NCBI GenBank assembly: GCA_034437815.1
Contig: DAOTTC010000019.1
Location: 1,893 to 65,892, forward strand
DNA length: 64,000 bases
Direction of reading: 5' to 3'
Source of the DNA: Chloroflexia bacterium
GTDB lineage: Bacteria; Chloroflexota; Chloroflexia; QHBQ01; JADMIH01
A program made the translations under genes and the position numbers. Each line of letters starts with the position of its first letter. The first letter of the stretch is position 1. The notes below the pieces were generated by a model that ran no database searches, was not told the origin of the DNA, and worked only from the letters and a program-made list of their open reading frames with translations. Positions 54,354-63,904 of this stretch are shown here, in pieces.

Positions 54354-54764
54354 ATGCTCAAGATCAGGTTGCGCCGCATGGGCGCCATCAAGCAACCATC
54401 TTACAGGATTGTGGTTGCCGACTCTCGCTCGCCGCGCGATGGGCGGTTCGTGGACGTAGTGGGGCACTACAACCCCCTTACCGATCCTGCCACCATCCGC
54501 ATAGACATAACCAAATATGAAGACTGGAAGCGCAAAGGCGCACAACCCACACAGGCCGTGGTAAGCCTCGTGCGCCGGTTCAAAAGGATGCAGGGGCAGG
54601 CAGAGGCTGAACAGGTGCAGGCCAAGCCTGCCGATCGTCGCACCAGAGCCGCCAAGGCCGGTGCCGAGGTTGCGACTGCCGATGCAGTGGAAGCCCCCGC
54701 GCCCACGGCTGAAGCGGGTGCGACTACGCCCGAAGCGGTCGAGCAGAACGTCACCGAGAGTTGA
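54354..54764 (+). CDS. rpsP: 30S ribosomal protein S16 (with C-terminal extension)
   Basis: [32 protein letters not shown]... ORF-track start 54195 was rejected. Confidence 0.93.
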   Translation: MLKIRLRRMGAIKQPSYRIVVADSRSPRDGRFVDVVGHYNPLTDPATIRIDITKYEDWKRKGAQPTQAVVSLVRRFKRMQGQAEAEQVQAKPADRRTRAAKAGAEVATADAVEAPAPTAEAGATTPEAVEQNVTES

Positions 54765-54954
54765 CTGTGTCCGCAGATGATACGCCCTGACAGTCTGAGG
54801 CCCTGCACACCTTGATGGAGGGCCTTTTGCATTAAGGCGATACACAGCGCGTTTCGGGCATGCGATCCACCTTCTACCCTTACCCTGACATGGCTGTAAG
54901 TCGCAGGGTGCTGAGCATAGTAGATGGTGATAACCCCCATAGAGAGGTGGTGCC

Positions 54955-55182
54955 ATGAAGGATCTGGTGGAATACATAGCCAAGAATCTGGTGGACAGCC
55001 CAGATGAGGTGCAGGTGCGCGAGCGGCGCGGGGATTACGTGGTGCGTGTGCATCTGCGCGTGAACCCGGAAGACAAGGGCAAGATTATCGGGCGCGAGGG
55101 CAAGATAGCGCGCGCCTTCCGCACTCTGGTCAATGCCACCGCCGCCCGCGAAGGCAGGCGCGGCGTGCTGGAGATCGAGTAG
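54955..55182 (+). CDS. KH-domain RNA-binding protein (YlqC-like)
   Basis: The KIIGREGKIARAFRTLV GxxG-type KH motif, in the conserved position between rpsP and rimM. Confidence 0.9.
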   Translation: MKDLVEYIAKNLVDSPDEVQVRERRGDYVVRVHLRVNPEDKGKIIGREGKIARAFRTLVNATAAREGRRGVLEIE

Positions 55183-55257
55183 AGCAACCTGCCCATGCCC
55201 CGGCACCCGGCCAAGCTCTGCGGGTGTTGCGGGGTGTTGTGGGATGTTGTAACTGCG

Positions 55258-55908
55258 ATGAACGAGGAGAGCGCCGTCCGCACTCCGGGGATGCCCGACT
55301 ATCTGATCGTGGGTCAGGTGGTAGCCCCTTTCGGGGTGAGAGGGCAACTGAAAGTAGACATACTGACAGAGTTTCCTCAGCGTTTCAAACGGCTGGAACA
55401 GGTGGTGATCGCTCCCTTTTCCTTCATGCCGCCCGGGCTGGCACCTTCGGCGGCACTCGACCCGGCCACCCTGCGCCGCACCCGCCCCGGCGGGCCTGAA
55501 AATGCACCTCCCCCGCCCTCAGCGCCGGTCGTCTATTCGATCGAGAGCACTCGTGTGCACAAAGGGCAATTGATCCTCAAACTGGCCGGGGTGGATACCG
55601 CCGATGCCGCCGAGGCGCTGAGGGGGTGCTGGGTGCTCGTACCTCGCGAACAGGCCCACGAATTGCCGCCGGGCTCCTACTATATCTACCAGATAGTGGG
55701 CCTTGACGTATACACTACCCGTGGGCAGTACGTGGGCAAGGTGACCGATGTGCTTACTTCTACAGCCAATGACGTGTATGTGGTGAAGGGCGACGGAGTA
55801 CAGGACCCTAGCGGGGAACTGCTGGTACCCGCCATCAAAACCGTTGTGCACAGCATCGAGCCTGAAGAAGGGCGGATCGTCATAGCACCACCCGAGGAGT
55901 GGACATAA
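55258..55908 (+). CDS. rimM: 16S rRNA processing protein RimM (with internal Pro-rich insertion)
   Basis: DYLIVGQVVAPFGVRGQLKVDILTEFPQRF and a C-terminal PRC-barrel region. The ATG 55258 start is preferred. Confidence 0.88.
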   Translation: MNEESAVRTPGMPDYLIVGQVVAPFGVRGQLKVDILTEFPQRFKRLEQVVIAPFSFMPPGLAPSAALDPATLRRTRPGGPENAPPPPSAPVVYSIESTRVHKGQLILKLAGVDTADAAEALRGCWVLVPREQAHELPPGSYYIYQIVGLDVYTTRGQYVGKVTDVLTSTANDVYVVKGDGVQDPSGELLVPAIKTVVHSIEPEEGRIVIAPPEEWT

Positions 55909-55974
55909 GCAGGTTGTCATCGGCCCACCCACGGCCACTGGCCGTGGATGCTTTGCAGTGAGGTGTCGGACGTT

Positions 55975-56115
55975 ATGGTGCTTCTTATTTCGCTGGTACT
56001 GCTTATCGTGGTCATAAGCTATCTGGACCGCAAAGTGCCGTGGCCCAAACCCACCGAGAAAGTGCAGCGCTACGTAAGCATAGCAGAGGAGAGTCGCACT
56101 TTGCGGCGGAACTAG
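55975..56115 (+). CDS. Possible 46-aa small membrane protein (below the ORF-track length cutoff)
   Basis: A GAGGTG sequence lies 9 nt upstream of ATG 55975. It translates to MVLLISLVLLIVVISYLDRKVPWPKPTEKVQRYVSIAEESRTLRRN-stop. Confidence 0.3.
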   Translation: MVLLISLVLLIVVISYLDRKVPWPKPTEKVQRYVSIAEESRTLRRN

Positions 56116-56259
56116 TATCGCGTCTGGCGTCTGGTTTCGTTCCACCCTGCCCCCACTCTCTCTGCCCGGCCATGCTATGCATATGCACCTATGCGCCGGT
56201 TTGGCATGCCACGCCCATCGCCACAAAATATAGCCTTTGAGTCAAGGAGAAAATAGCGC

Positions 56260-56877
56260 ATGCTTGCAGGACACTTCGGTCTGGCGGCCATCGTAAAGTC
56301 TCGTGAACGTCAGGTTCCCCTGTGGTCGCTTGTGCTTAGCACGCAACTGCTGGATATCGTGTTCCTCATACTCTTCCTACTGGGCATCGAGAGCTTCAGG
56401 CCTGTGCAGGGCACGTCCGGGGGCTACGGCAACTTCATATTTCAGGCGGACTATTCGCACTCGCTGGTGGGTGCGCTGGGCATCAGTCTACTGGCCATGC
56501 TCATCACCCTACCGTTCTGGGGCCGGCGCAACGGCCTGATAATCGGGGCGATGGTGTTCTCGCACTGGGTGCTCGACCTGCCGGTGCACAGGGCCGACCT
56601 GCCAGTGTTGCCGGGCAACGCCGGTGGCCTGCCCAGACTCGGTCTGGGGCTGTGGGCGATGCCATGGCTGGTCGCCGCGCTGGAGCTTGGGTTGGTGCTT
56701 GCAGGGGCCTATTTTTATTACCACGCCGCTATGAGGGCAGCGGTCGCCGCCGAGCGAAAGGAGGCCCGGCAGGGGGTCTCCGGGCCTAAGCCCTACCGGC
56801 GCAACGCGGCGATCGCTTCGGTGGCCCTGCTGGTGTCCATGCTCGGCCTGTTGGTGGGCGACTTGCTGGGCATCTGA
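56260..56877 (+). CDS. Integral membrane protein with conserved His motifs (possibly a YdjM/DUF457-like metal-dependent hydrolase)
   Basis: An AAGGAGA RBS precedes the start. Motifs include GHFG, YSHSLVG and FSHWVLDLPVH, with 5-6 TM segments. Confidence 0.7.
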   Translation: MLAGHFGLAAIVKSRERQVPLWSLVLSTQLLDIVFLILFLLGIESFRPVQGTSGGYGNFIFQADYSHSLVGALGISLLAMLITLPFWGRRNGLIIGAMVFSHWVLDLPVHRADLPVLPGNAGGLPRLGLGLWAMPWLVAALELGLVLAGAYFYYHAAMRAAVAAERKEARQGVSGPKPYRRNAAIASVALLVSMLGLLVGDLLGI

Positions 56878-56990
56878 TCTGATGCTGATCGTCCGACCGG
56901 GATCGCTGGCACGGGTCGTGCAACCGCTAGATGACCGGGTACTGGCCGGCTTACAGTTCGGCGCCCAGACACAAAAGAGAGGAAGACCAG

Positions 56991-57446
56991 ATGAAAGTTC
57001 GAGACATAATGACCAAAAACCCTGAGAGCGTGACCCCCGGCACCTACATCGGAGATGTAGCCCGCCTGATGCGCGACCTCGACGTAGGCATCGTGCCCAT
57101 CGTGACCAATGGTGGGGAGCTTATAGGTGTGATTACGGACCGTGACATCACCATCCGCGTGACCGCGGCCGGCCTGAACCCGTTCGAGACGTCTGTGCAG
57201 GATTTCATGTCGCCCAACGTAGTGACCGTGTCACCCGATGATGACGTGGATAAGGTGCGCCAACTCATGGCCGACCACCAGATACGCCGGGTGATGGTCG
57301 TGGAGGGTGGCAGGCTGGTGGGTGTGGTGTCCCTTGGGGACGTCGCCACCAAGGACCAGACGAAGGACGCGGCCACCGGTCAGGTGCTGGAAGAGATCTC
57401 CGAGCCGACCGACCTCAATCGCACGTCGGTCAAGACGGAGGAGTGA
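56991..57446 (+). CDS. CBS domain pair protein
   Basis: MKVRDIMTKNPESV...VGIVPIV...GVITDRDI...FMSPNVVTV...IRRVMVVE...GVVSLGD. Confidence 0.9.
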   Translation: MKVRDIMTKNPESVTPGTYIGDVARLMRDLDVGIVPIVTNGGELIGVITDRDITIRVTAAGLNPFETSVQDFMSPNVVTVSPDDDVDKVRQLMADHQIRRVMVVEGGRLVGVVSLGDVATKDQTKDAATGQVLEEISEPTDLNRTSVKTEE

Positions 57447-57584
57447 GCAGTACGAGACCCCGCCCGGTCTGCTCGGTCTGGTCAGTTTGGTCGGTCCATA
57501 CTGTACCATACCCGAAAGACCCGAAAGCGCTGATAAAGAGCCTGTGGCCGGGCAGGTGGGCCCACCACCCACGCCCGGCCGGGT

Positions 57585-58607
57585 CTATGGTCCCCAGCTC
57601 AGGCCGGAGGTGGCGTCTATGCCCGCCTTTTCGGTGAGGCGATGCACCGCGGCCAGCCGGGGCCGGCCGTCGTCGTCTATCGCTATCTCGCCCACGTACA
57701 GGTCGAACAGCCCATCCTTGAGCGACAGATAGGCTAACTGGGTGCCGTCGGGCGACCAAGCAGGCGAGCGGGATGCGCCGTCGGTGGTTATCTGCACAGG
57801 TGTGGGGTACTCGCCCTGCCATCGGGTGGCATCGGTGGGCACCACGTAGATATTGTGCACGCTGCCCTGCCGCATGGTGAAGGCTATCCACTCGCCATCG
57901 GGCGACCACGCCGGGCTGTACGCCCCGTCCTTCGCGTTGGTCAGTTCGACCCACCTGCCGGTTGATAGGTTGAGCACCCATATTTGACCCTGACCGTTGT
58001 TGGTGACATAGTTGGCGACGGCTAATTTGGTGCCGTCGGGCGACCAACTGGGTTGTTCTACACCCTGCACCCCGTGATTGAGCGACTCCAGCCTGCGTGC
58101 GCGGTTGCCCTGCGGGTCCATGGAGAACAGGCCGGGATATTCGGTGCCTACGTCGGAGATATAGGCTATGCGCTGGCCGTCGGGCGACCAAGCGGGCTGC
58201 ATGGCCCACAGTGCCTGCTGGTTATAGCCGAGTGCGCCGGTCTCCACGCTCGGCCGGTTATCTGTGAGGGCCACCGGCTCTGAAGGGTTCGACAGGTCCA
58301 GCCGGTAGAGGTCGGAGAAGCCTTCGTCAAAGCGGGCATATACGATCTCAAGCCCATCGGGGGAGAACGAAGGCTGGGCGTCTCGCTTATCGTTGCGATC
58401 CCTAGGCCCTTCGGTCAACTGCTGCGCCTTGCCCCCGGTGTACAACCACAGCGCCCCGTCGCGGGCAAATGCGATCTTGCCACCCACGTCCGGCCCGGTG
58501 GCTGGATTTGACACGTTGGACAGCGACAGGGCATTGCGCTGAAATAAGCCTGAGGCCAGCAGGGCAACCGCCCCGAACACCAACAGCAGCAGCAATTTGC
58601 GTAACAC
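57585..58607 (-). CDS. TolB-like PD40/WD40 beta-propeller protein (secreted or anchored)
   Basis: Repeated PD40 motifs (PSFSPDG, PAWSPDGQRIAY, PSWSPDGTKLA, PAWSPDGEWIAF, PAWSPDGTQLAY). GTG 58607 follows a GAGGGAAAG RBS and begins the signal peptide VLRKLLLLLVFGAVALLA. Confidence 0.88.
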   Translation of the reverse strand: MLRKLLLLLVFGAVALLASGLFQRNALSLSNVSNPATGPDVGGKIAFARDGALWLYTGGKAQQLTEGPRDRNDKRDAQPSFSPDGLEIVYARFDEGFSDLYRLDLSNPSEPVALTDNRPSVETGALGYNQQALWAMQPAWSPDGQRIAYISDVGTEYPGLFSMDPQGNRARRLESLNHGVQGVEQPSWSPDGTKLAVANYVTNNGQGQIWVLNLSTGRWVELTNAKDGAYSPAWSPDGEWIAFTMRQGSVHNIYVVPTDATRWQGEYPTPVQITTDGASRSPAWSPDGTQLAYLSLKDGLFDLYVGEIAIDDDGRPRLAAVHRLTEKAGIDATSGLSWGP

Positions 58608-58629
58608 TTGCTTTCCCTCGGTTATATTT

Positions 58630-59814
58630 TTAGCCCAGATCGGCCCCGCGCCAGCGCATCCATATCCGATACAGTAGCGGTCTGTACACGTAATCGTATG
58701 CACCGGGGTATGCTATTTCGCGGCCGCCGAAGCCTTTCTTGAACCAGTATACACCACGCAGTCCGGCGCGTGCATTTATTGGGGAAACTTCACCCTCTTC
58801 GCCATCTTGGGCGGGCGCATCGGGTATGCCCCAGAAGTCGTAGCGGGCACAACCCTGTTGTCTGGCCCACCTGATGGCTTCCCACTGGAGCAGGTAGTTG
58901 GGCATGTGTTCGCGCCCGCGATTATCAGATGCGCCGTACATATAGATGGCTTCACGCCCGAAGCGCAGGGTCAGCAGGCCTGCGATCGGCCCTTGGGCGC
59001 GCTCAACCTCATCCGGGTGGTCGGCCAGCAACACCAGCGCGGTATTGCTGCCCTCCGGCCCGAACACCGCCCACAACCGCTTATAGTAAGGGAATGTGTG
59101 GATTCCAAACCGGTCGCGCTCGGACGTTATCTCCAACAGTTTGTAGAAGGCATGCAGGTCGGCCAGCGTTTCGGCGCGGCGCACCAACACACCCCGCCGC
59201 CCGGCCAGTCGCAGGTTGTAGCGGGTCTTGGGCTTCATGGCTTTGAGCAGTTCGTCCTCGCTCTTATCCAGATCGAGCACGATGGTGCGCGCGGGCTGCA
59301 ACCGACCTGCCGGTCGAAAGCCAAGGGTAGCCATCCAGCCATCTACGATGTCTTTGGTCAGGTGCTCGCCCAGCTCGATGTCCGGCTCGACTTTGAGGAA
59401 GATGGCCCCGCGCCTGCCTGCCTGCTCATGCACGCTTGCCCAGAAGGCCGCCTCTAGAGGGAGCCGCTGCTCGTGCGCGAGGTCTTTCGCGCCCATATAG
59501 ACCGGCCCGCGGGGCACATAAGCTATGGAGACGGGTAGGGGGATGCGCGGCACGGATCGGAATAACACCTGTCCCCCGATGAGGGGTGGGTGGCCGGGCA
59601 TGGTGCGGCAGGAGGCCAGCCTCAGCGCCGACCAGCCGGTAGCCGCCTTGAATTCGCCCCAACGCCACGACTGGAGCAGGCCCCCTCCGTGCCGGGCGAG
59701 CAGCCAGTCCCACTCGTCGGGGTTGGTGTAGACCTGAGCAGAAGCGTGGGCGCTGTGGCTGTTGCCGGTATGCAGAGAAGCGGCTCGGGGGCGACCTTCG
59801 GTCTCAGTCATCAT
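58630..59814 (-). CDS. FemAB-family peptidoglycan interpeptide-bridge aminoacyltransferase (aminoacyl-tRNA dependent family)
   Basis: FemAB-like sequence (LLQSWRWGEFK...YVPRGP...YLLQWEAIRWARQQGCARYDFWG). The ATGATGA start overlaps the stop of the upstream NYN gene. Confidence 0.85.
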   Translation of the reverse strand: MMTETEGRPRAASLHTGNSHSAHASAQVYTNPDEWDWLLARHGGGLLQSWRWGEFKAATGWSALRLASCRTMPGHPPLIGGQVLFRSVPRIPLPVSIAYVPRGPVYMGAKDLAHEQRLPLEAAFWASVHEQAGRRGAIFLKVEPDIELGEHLTKDIVDGWMATLGFRPAGRLQPARTIVLDLDKSEDELLKAMKPKTRYNLRLAGRRGVLVRRAETLADLHAFYKLLEITSERDRFGIHTFPYYKRLWAVFGPEGSNTALVLLADHPDEVERAQGPIAGLLTLRFGREAIYMYGASDNRGREHMPNYLLQWEAIRWARQQGCARYDFWGIPDAPAQDGEEGEVSPINARAGLRGVYWFKKGFGGREIAYPGAYDYVYRPLLYRIWMRWRGADLG

Positions 59815-60703
59815 TGTGGTTGCCGGCGCTTGCCTGCTGGGCAGAGGGCCGGGGCAGTGGAATAGAGTGCACATCGGCGCACGGCTCGCCATCCGGGAGC
59901 ATGAACTCGTCATGCGTGGCGTAGCTGTACGCCGAAGGCTGAGACTGCGGCCCGTGCTCTTCTGCTGGCGCGGGGGTGCCGGCCGCCGGGGCTTGCTCCA
60001 ACTGCTTGTGCTCTCGCTCCCAGTAACCGGCGGGGTGCATCTGCAAGCGCTCGCCGGCTATGCGAGCACGCTCGCGCTCCTTCTCGCCCGACAGGCGCTC
60101 GCCCGGCAGGCCATAACTGGTAGCGCTATAGCTGTATGAGCTGTAGCTGTATATGCCGCGGGCATCGCGCAGCTCGGCGGCGTGCTGGGTGCTCCTGATG
60201 TGCAGGCCGGAGCCGGGTGGGGCATTGCGGAATATGCCCGGCAGGGTGCTTATCTCGGTGAACTGGTCGGCGGCCTCTATCAGTTCGTTGGAGGTGCTGA
60301 TGCCGAAGCTGATCACCTCGCACCGCACGCCTTTGCTCTGGATGGCTTCGACGAGGCGCACGAAATCGCCGTCACCGCTGACCAGCACCACGACGTCAAG
60401 GTTCTCGGACAGCAACATGATGTCCACGGCCATCTCTATGTCGAGGTTGGCCTTGATGCGCCCGCCCTCATATTTATGTATATCCTTGCAAACCACCTTG
60501 TAGCCGTTGGCCCTGAGGAAATCTATGAATTTGCGCTGGTTGGGGTTATCGGGGTCAACGCCGGTATAGGCGCAGGCACGTATCAGGTCGCGGCCCGCCA
60601 CCGCGTGCTCCAGCAGGCGGCAGTAGTTGACCTCCACACCCGCCGATTTGGCCGAGTAGAAGAGGTTGGACACGTCAACGAACACACCAACATTAAGGGA
60701 CAT
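59804..60703 (-). CDS. NYN (LabA/DUF88-like) domain protein with a disordered C-terminal half
   Basis: VGVFVDVSNLFYS...ACAYTGVD...KANLDIEMAVDIM...VVLVSGDGDFVRLVEAIQSKGVRCEV is the typical NYN/LabA pattern. Confidence 0.85.
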   Translation of the reverse strand: MSLNVGVFVDVSNLFYSAKSAGVEVNYCRLLEHAVAGRDLIRACAYTGVDPDNPNQRKFIDFLRANGYKVVCKDIHKYEGGRIKANLDIEMAVDIMLLSENLDVVVLVSGDGDFVRLVEAIQSKGVRCEVISFGISTSNELIEAADQFTEISTLPGIFRNAPPGSGLHIRSTQHAAELRDARGIYSYSSYSYSATSYGLPGERLSGEKERERARIAGERLQMHPAGYWEREHKQLEQAPAAGTPAPAEEHGPQSQPSAYSYATHDEFMLPDGEPCADVHSIPLPRPSAQQASAGNHNDD

Positions 60704-60894
60704 TCTGGTTTATCTCCGCTTGCTTTTTCATATCCGGGATTTTTCTGATATATGGCAATTATACAGCAAAGGCGGGCAGAAAGGCGAACGGCCTGCGCAA
60801 AACGATTTCGGCAAGGGGTCTTATCGTATCGGCGCTCACGCCCTGACGCTTATACTTCAATCGGTCCGCACTTGCGGTTTGCGTCTTTTCGGCT

Positions 60895-61566
60895 TTAGGC
60901 CCGCTGTTTCACCAAGCAGATGCCCAGTCCGTCAATCTCTTCGCGCATGATGGGCAGGATCAGCGACTCGAGCCGTGGGTCGGAGGCTATCTCTCGGTTG
61001 AAGCGTGCGATGACTTGAGCCGCTTCGTCATCAGGTGGGGGCTGTAGCACACTGCCATTGCGTATGAGGTTGTCGCTCAGGATGACGCTGCCGGGCCTTG
61101 CCAGCCTGATGCACCAGTGCAGGTAATGGGGGTAGTTGACCTTGTCTGCATCAATGAAGAACAGGTCGAACGGTCCCTCACCGCGGGCCTCTATTTGAGG
61201 GAGCAAATCGAGGGCGGCCCCAACCCGCACCTCGATGCGGTCCGACAGGCCCGCAAACGCTATGTTGGCGCGCGCTACCTCGGCGTGCTTCGGGTTGTAT
61301 TCAAGGGTGAGCACTCGCCCGTCTTCGGGCAGGGCGCGGGCCAGCCAGATGGTGCTGTATCCGCCCAGCGTGCCCAACTCAAGCACCTTGCCGGCCCCGC
61401 TCAGCTTAGCCAGCATGTAGAGCAGTTTGCCCTCGTTGGCCGACACGTTGATAGGGGGCAAGCCGTGCCGCTGGCTGTTATCCAGCGCGTGCTGTAGCGC
61501 CGGGTCGTTGGCCGAGAAGAGGTGCTGTATGTACTCGTCTACCGCATGAAGAAGGTTTGTATTCAT
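60895..61566 (-). CDS. Class I SAM-dependent O-methyltransferase (caffeoyl-CoA OMT-like family 3)
   Basis: VLELGTLGGYSTIWLA SAM-binding motif, FIDADK, and the family-typical length of 223 aa. Confidence 0.88.
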   Translation of the reverse strand: MNTNLLHAVDEYIQHLFSANDPALQHALDNSQRHGLPPINVSANEGKLLYMLAKLSGAGKVLELGTLGGYSTIWLARALPEDGRVLTLEYNPKHAEVARANIAFAGLSDRIEVRVGAALDLLPQIEARGEGPFDLFFIDADKVNYPHYLHWCIRLARPGSVILSDNLIRNGSVLQPPPDDEAAQVIARFNREIASDPRLESLILPIMREEIDGLGICLVKQRA

Positions 61567-61573
61567 AAGTTTC

Positions 61574-63904
61574 TCACTCCTGATCGTCGTGAATAAGCGC
61601 CGCCCTTTCGTCGCCGCTCGTTAGTAATTGCGGCGCGTCAGCTTCGGCCAAGCACAGCCGCCCGTAAAGGGACAGATGCATGGCGGCGATGCGGTGCCAG
61701 TCGAAGTGGCGGGCCAGCTGGCACGCCCCATCCGCCAGCCGTGCCCGCAGTGCATCGTCCGAAGCCAATTGCTTCACCGCAAGCGCCAGCGCCTGTGCAT
61801 CGCCCACCGGCACCAGCATGGCGTTGCGCCCGTGCACCAGCTCTGGCACACTGCCAGCCGACCACCGATGGCCGGCGGCCCGTGGTTGGCGCGTAGTGAT
61901 GAGGGGCAGGCCGTGTTCGAGCACCGCCAACAGACTGCCCCGGCGCAGGGAAGCCCCATCGGCGAAGGGCAATACGGCCATATCTGCCGACAGCAGGGCC
62001 GCCGACACCTGCTGTGGGGGCAGGTAGCCGGTCCACAGCAGGCGGTCCTGTACGCCCAGTTCTGCGGCAAGGCGGTCGAGCTGTGCGGCGGTGCGGCGGT
62101 TGGTGGGGTCGCTTGAGCCGAGGCCCCCGCCTACCATCAACAGGCGGAAGTGCCTCTCGCTATCCTCCTTCAGGATGGCGAGGGCGCGCAGAAGGTCGTC
62201 CAGCCCTTTGGAGCTGTTCAGGAAGCCGAAGTAAGCCAGCAGAGTGGTGCCGGGGCCAATGCCATGCTCGGCCCGCCAGCGCTCTCTGCCGAAACCGGGC
62301 GGCGGGTTACAGGGGATGTTCGAGCCTATGGGTATTATCTCCACCCGGCGCACGCCCCACTCGCGCAGGCAGGCGGCATCTTCGGGGTTGGTGGCTACCA
62401 CCGCGTGCGCCGTGCGCGCCAGCAGGCGGTTGGCCCACTCGCGCACCGGCCCCGCGCGAGGGAACAGATAGGGCACGCGCAGGTCATGGAAAGTCACTAC
62501 TATCTTGCCCCGCCACATGCGCCTGAGCAAAAGGGGCAGTACGTTGACCATGGGGCGCATCTGGTAGGCCCCGGTCTGGTATTGTATGTGGGCGATGTGC
62601 GCGCCCGTGCCCCTCAGGGCACGCAGAACGGTGCGCACGGTGATGGCCGCGGTAAGCGCTGGCGTTAGCCCCTCCTGCGCCGGGCGGTGGACCGCCGGGT
62701 CAGGTGCGGACGTGGATACATGTATGGGTATGGACGTGGGAACGTGGGCTACGGGCTGTGTGAGCACGCGCACGGACACGCCCACGCTTTGCAGGGCCAA
62801 GCTCAGCCGGCAGGTGTAATCGCCCACGCCCCCATGCGCGGGCGGGAACTCGCCGGTGATGAACATCACGCTTGGGCGCCAGCTTCTCCCCCGCAGGCCG
62901 CGCGGTCGGACCTCGCGCAGGCCTGAGCGCAATACCTGCGCGTACATGTTCAGGCGCTCAGCGCGCAGGGGTCGCTTGTGACCCACCAGCCACTTGGCCG
63001 CCTCCGACACGGCCTGCCCCGCGCACACGCCCAGCAGGTACATACGTACGATGCGCCCCGTGTGCCGGCCCTCGTGCAGACGGAAATAGCGGGCTTTGGA
63101 GGTATTGAAATGGATGTGGCGAGCGGGCACGTTCTGGCCGGTGCTCTGGCCTCCGTAGTGGGTGATAAGGGCGTGGGGCACATACAGGATGGCCCAGCCC
63201 GCGTCGCTCACCCGCCTGCACAGGTCCAGCTCTTCGCTGAACATGAAGTAGCCGGGGTCCAACAGCCCCGCCTGCCACAGCGCCTCGCGCCTGCACATCA
63301 GCGCCGCCCCGCTCAACCAGCCCACCCTGTGCACGCCCCGGTCGGGCACGTCCAGCATGTAGTAGCGGCGCAGTATGCGGGCACCCGGAAACCACTGCTG
63401 GAGCGGGGTGGACTCGACCAGCGCGGTGGCGAGGGTGGGGAAACGGCGGCGCGACGGCTGGAGCGTGCCGTCGGGGTTGAGCAGGCGGGGGCCGGCTATG
63501 CCCGCTTCAGGGTGCGCCTGCATACATTCGACCAGCGCCTCGATCGAGCCGGGATGGGCCACGGTGTCGGGGTTGAGCAGGAAGATGTAGCGGCCCCGCG
63601 AGGCGCGTATGCCCATGTTGTTGCCCTCCGAAAAGCCCACGTTAGCCGGCAGGGCTATCAGGCGCACGTGTGGGAACTGACGACGCACCATGCCCACACT
63701 GTTGTCGGTGGAGGCGTTGTCCACCACGATCACTTCGGTGCGGGGCCACCAGCGCCCGGCGGCCTGCGGCAGAGAGCGCAGGCAGTCGGCCAGCAGGCCG
63801 GCCACATTCCAGTTGAGTATCACTATGCTCAGGTCAATATCAGGCTCCACACCGGCGAATATAGCACACGCGGCTGTGGCTTGACAACCGTCGGACCCAT
63901 GCAT
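61574..63904 (-). CDS. Fusion glycosyltransferase: N-terminal GT2 plus C-terminal GT4/GT1-type domain
   Basis: N-terminus: LSIVILNWN...VVDNASTDNS...NPD (GT2). C-terminal ~400 aa: RLLMVGGG...LPF.DGASLRRGSLLAVLEHGLPLITT (GT4-like EX7E region). Confidence 0.85.
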   Translation of the reverse strand: MHGSDGCQATAACAIFAGVEPDIDLSIVILNWNVAGLLADCLRSLPQAAGRWWPRTEVIVVDNASTDNSVGMVRRQFPHVRLIALPANVGFSEGNNMGIRASRGRYIFLLNPDTVAHPGSIEALVECMQAHPEAGIAGPRLLNPDGTLQPSRRRFPTLATALVESTPLQQWFPGARILRRYYMLDVPDRGVHRVGWLSGAALMCRREALWQAGLLDPGYFMFSEELDLCRRVSDAGWAILYVPHALITHYGGQSTGQNVPARHIHFNTSKARYFRLHEGRHTGRIVRMYLLGVCAGQAVSEAAKWLVGHKRPLRAERLNMYAQVLRSGLREVRPRGLRGRSWRPSVMFITGEFPPAHGGVGDYTCRLSLALQSVGVSVRVLTQPVAHVPTSIPIHVSTSAPDPAVHRPAQEGLTPALTAAITVRTVLRALRGTGAHIAHIQYQTGAYQMRPMVNVLPLLLRRMWRGKIVVTFHDLRVPYLFPRAGPVREWANRLLARTAHAVVATNPEDAACLREWGVRRVEIIPIGSNIPCNPPPGFGRERWRAEHGIGPGTTLLAYFGFLNSSKGLDDLLRALAILKEDSERHFRLLMVGGGLGSSDPTNRRTAAQLDRLAAELGVQDRLLWTGYLPPQQVSAALLSADMAVLPFADGASLRRGSLLAVLEHGLPLITTRQPRAAGHRWSAGSVPELVHGRNAMLVPVGDAQALALAVKQLASDDALRARLADGACQLARHFDWHRIAAMHLSLYGRLCLAEADAPQLLTSGDERAALIHDDQE

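Noticed and set aside
54189-56226. Minus-strand ORFs 54189-54983 (264 aa), 54880-55347 and 55519-56226 (235 aa)
   Set aside because: They overlap the conserved rpsP, KH and rimM genes on the opposite strand, and none has recognisable motifs.
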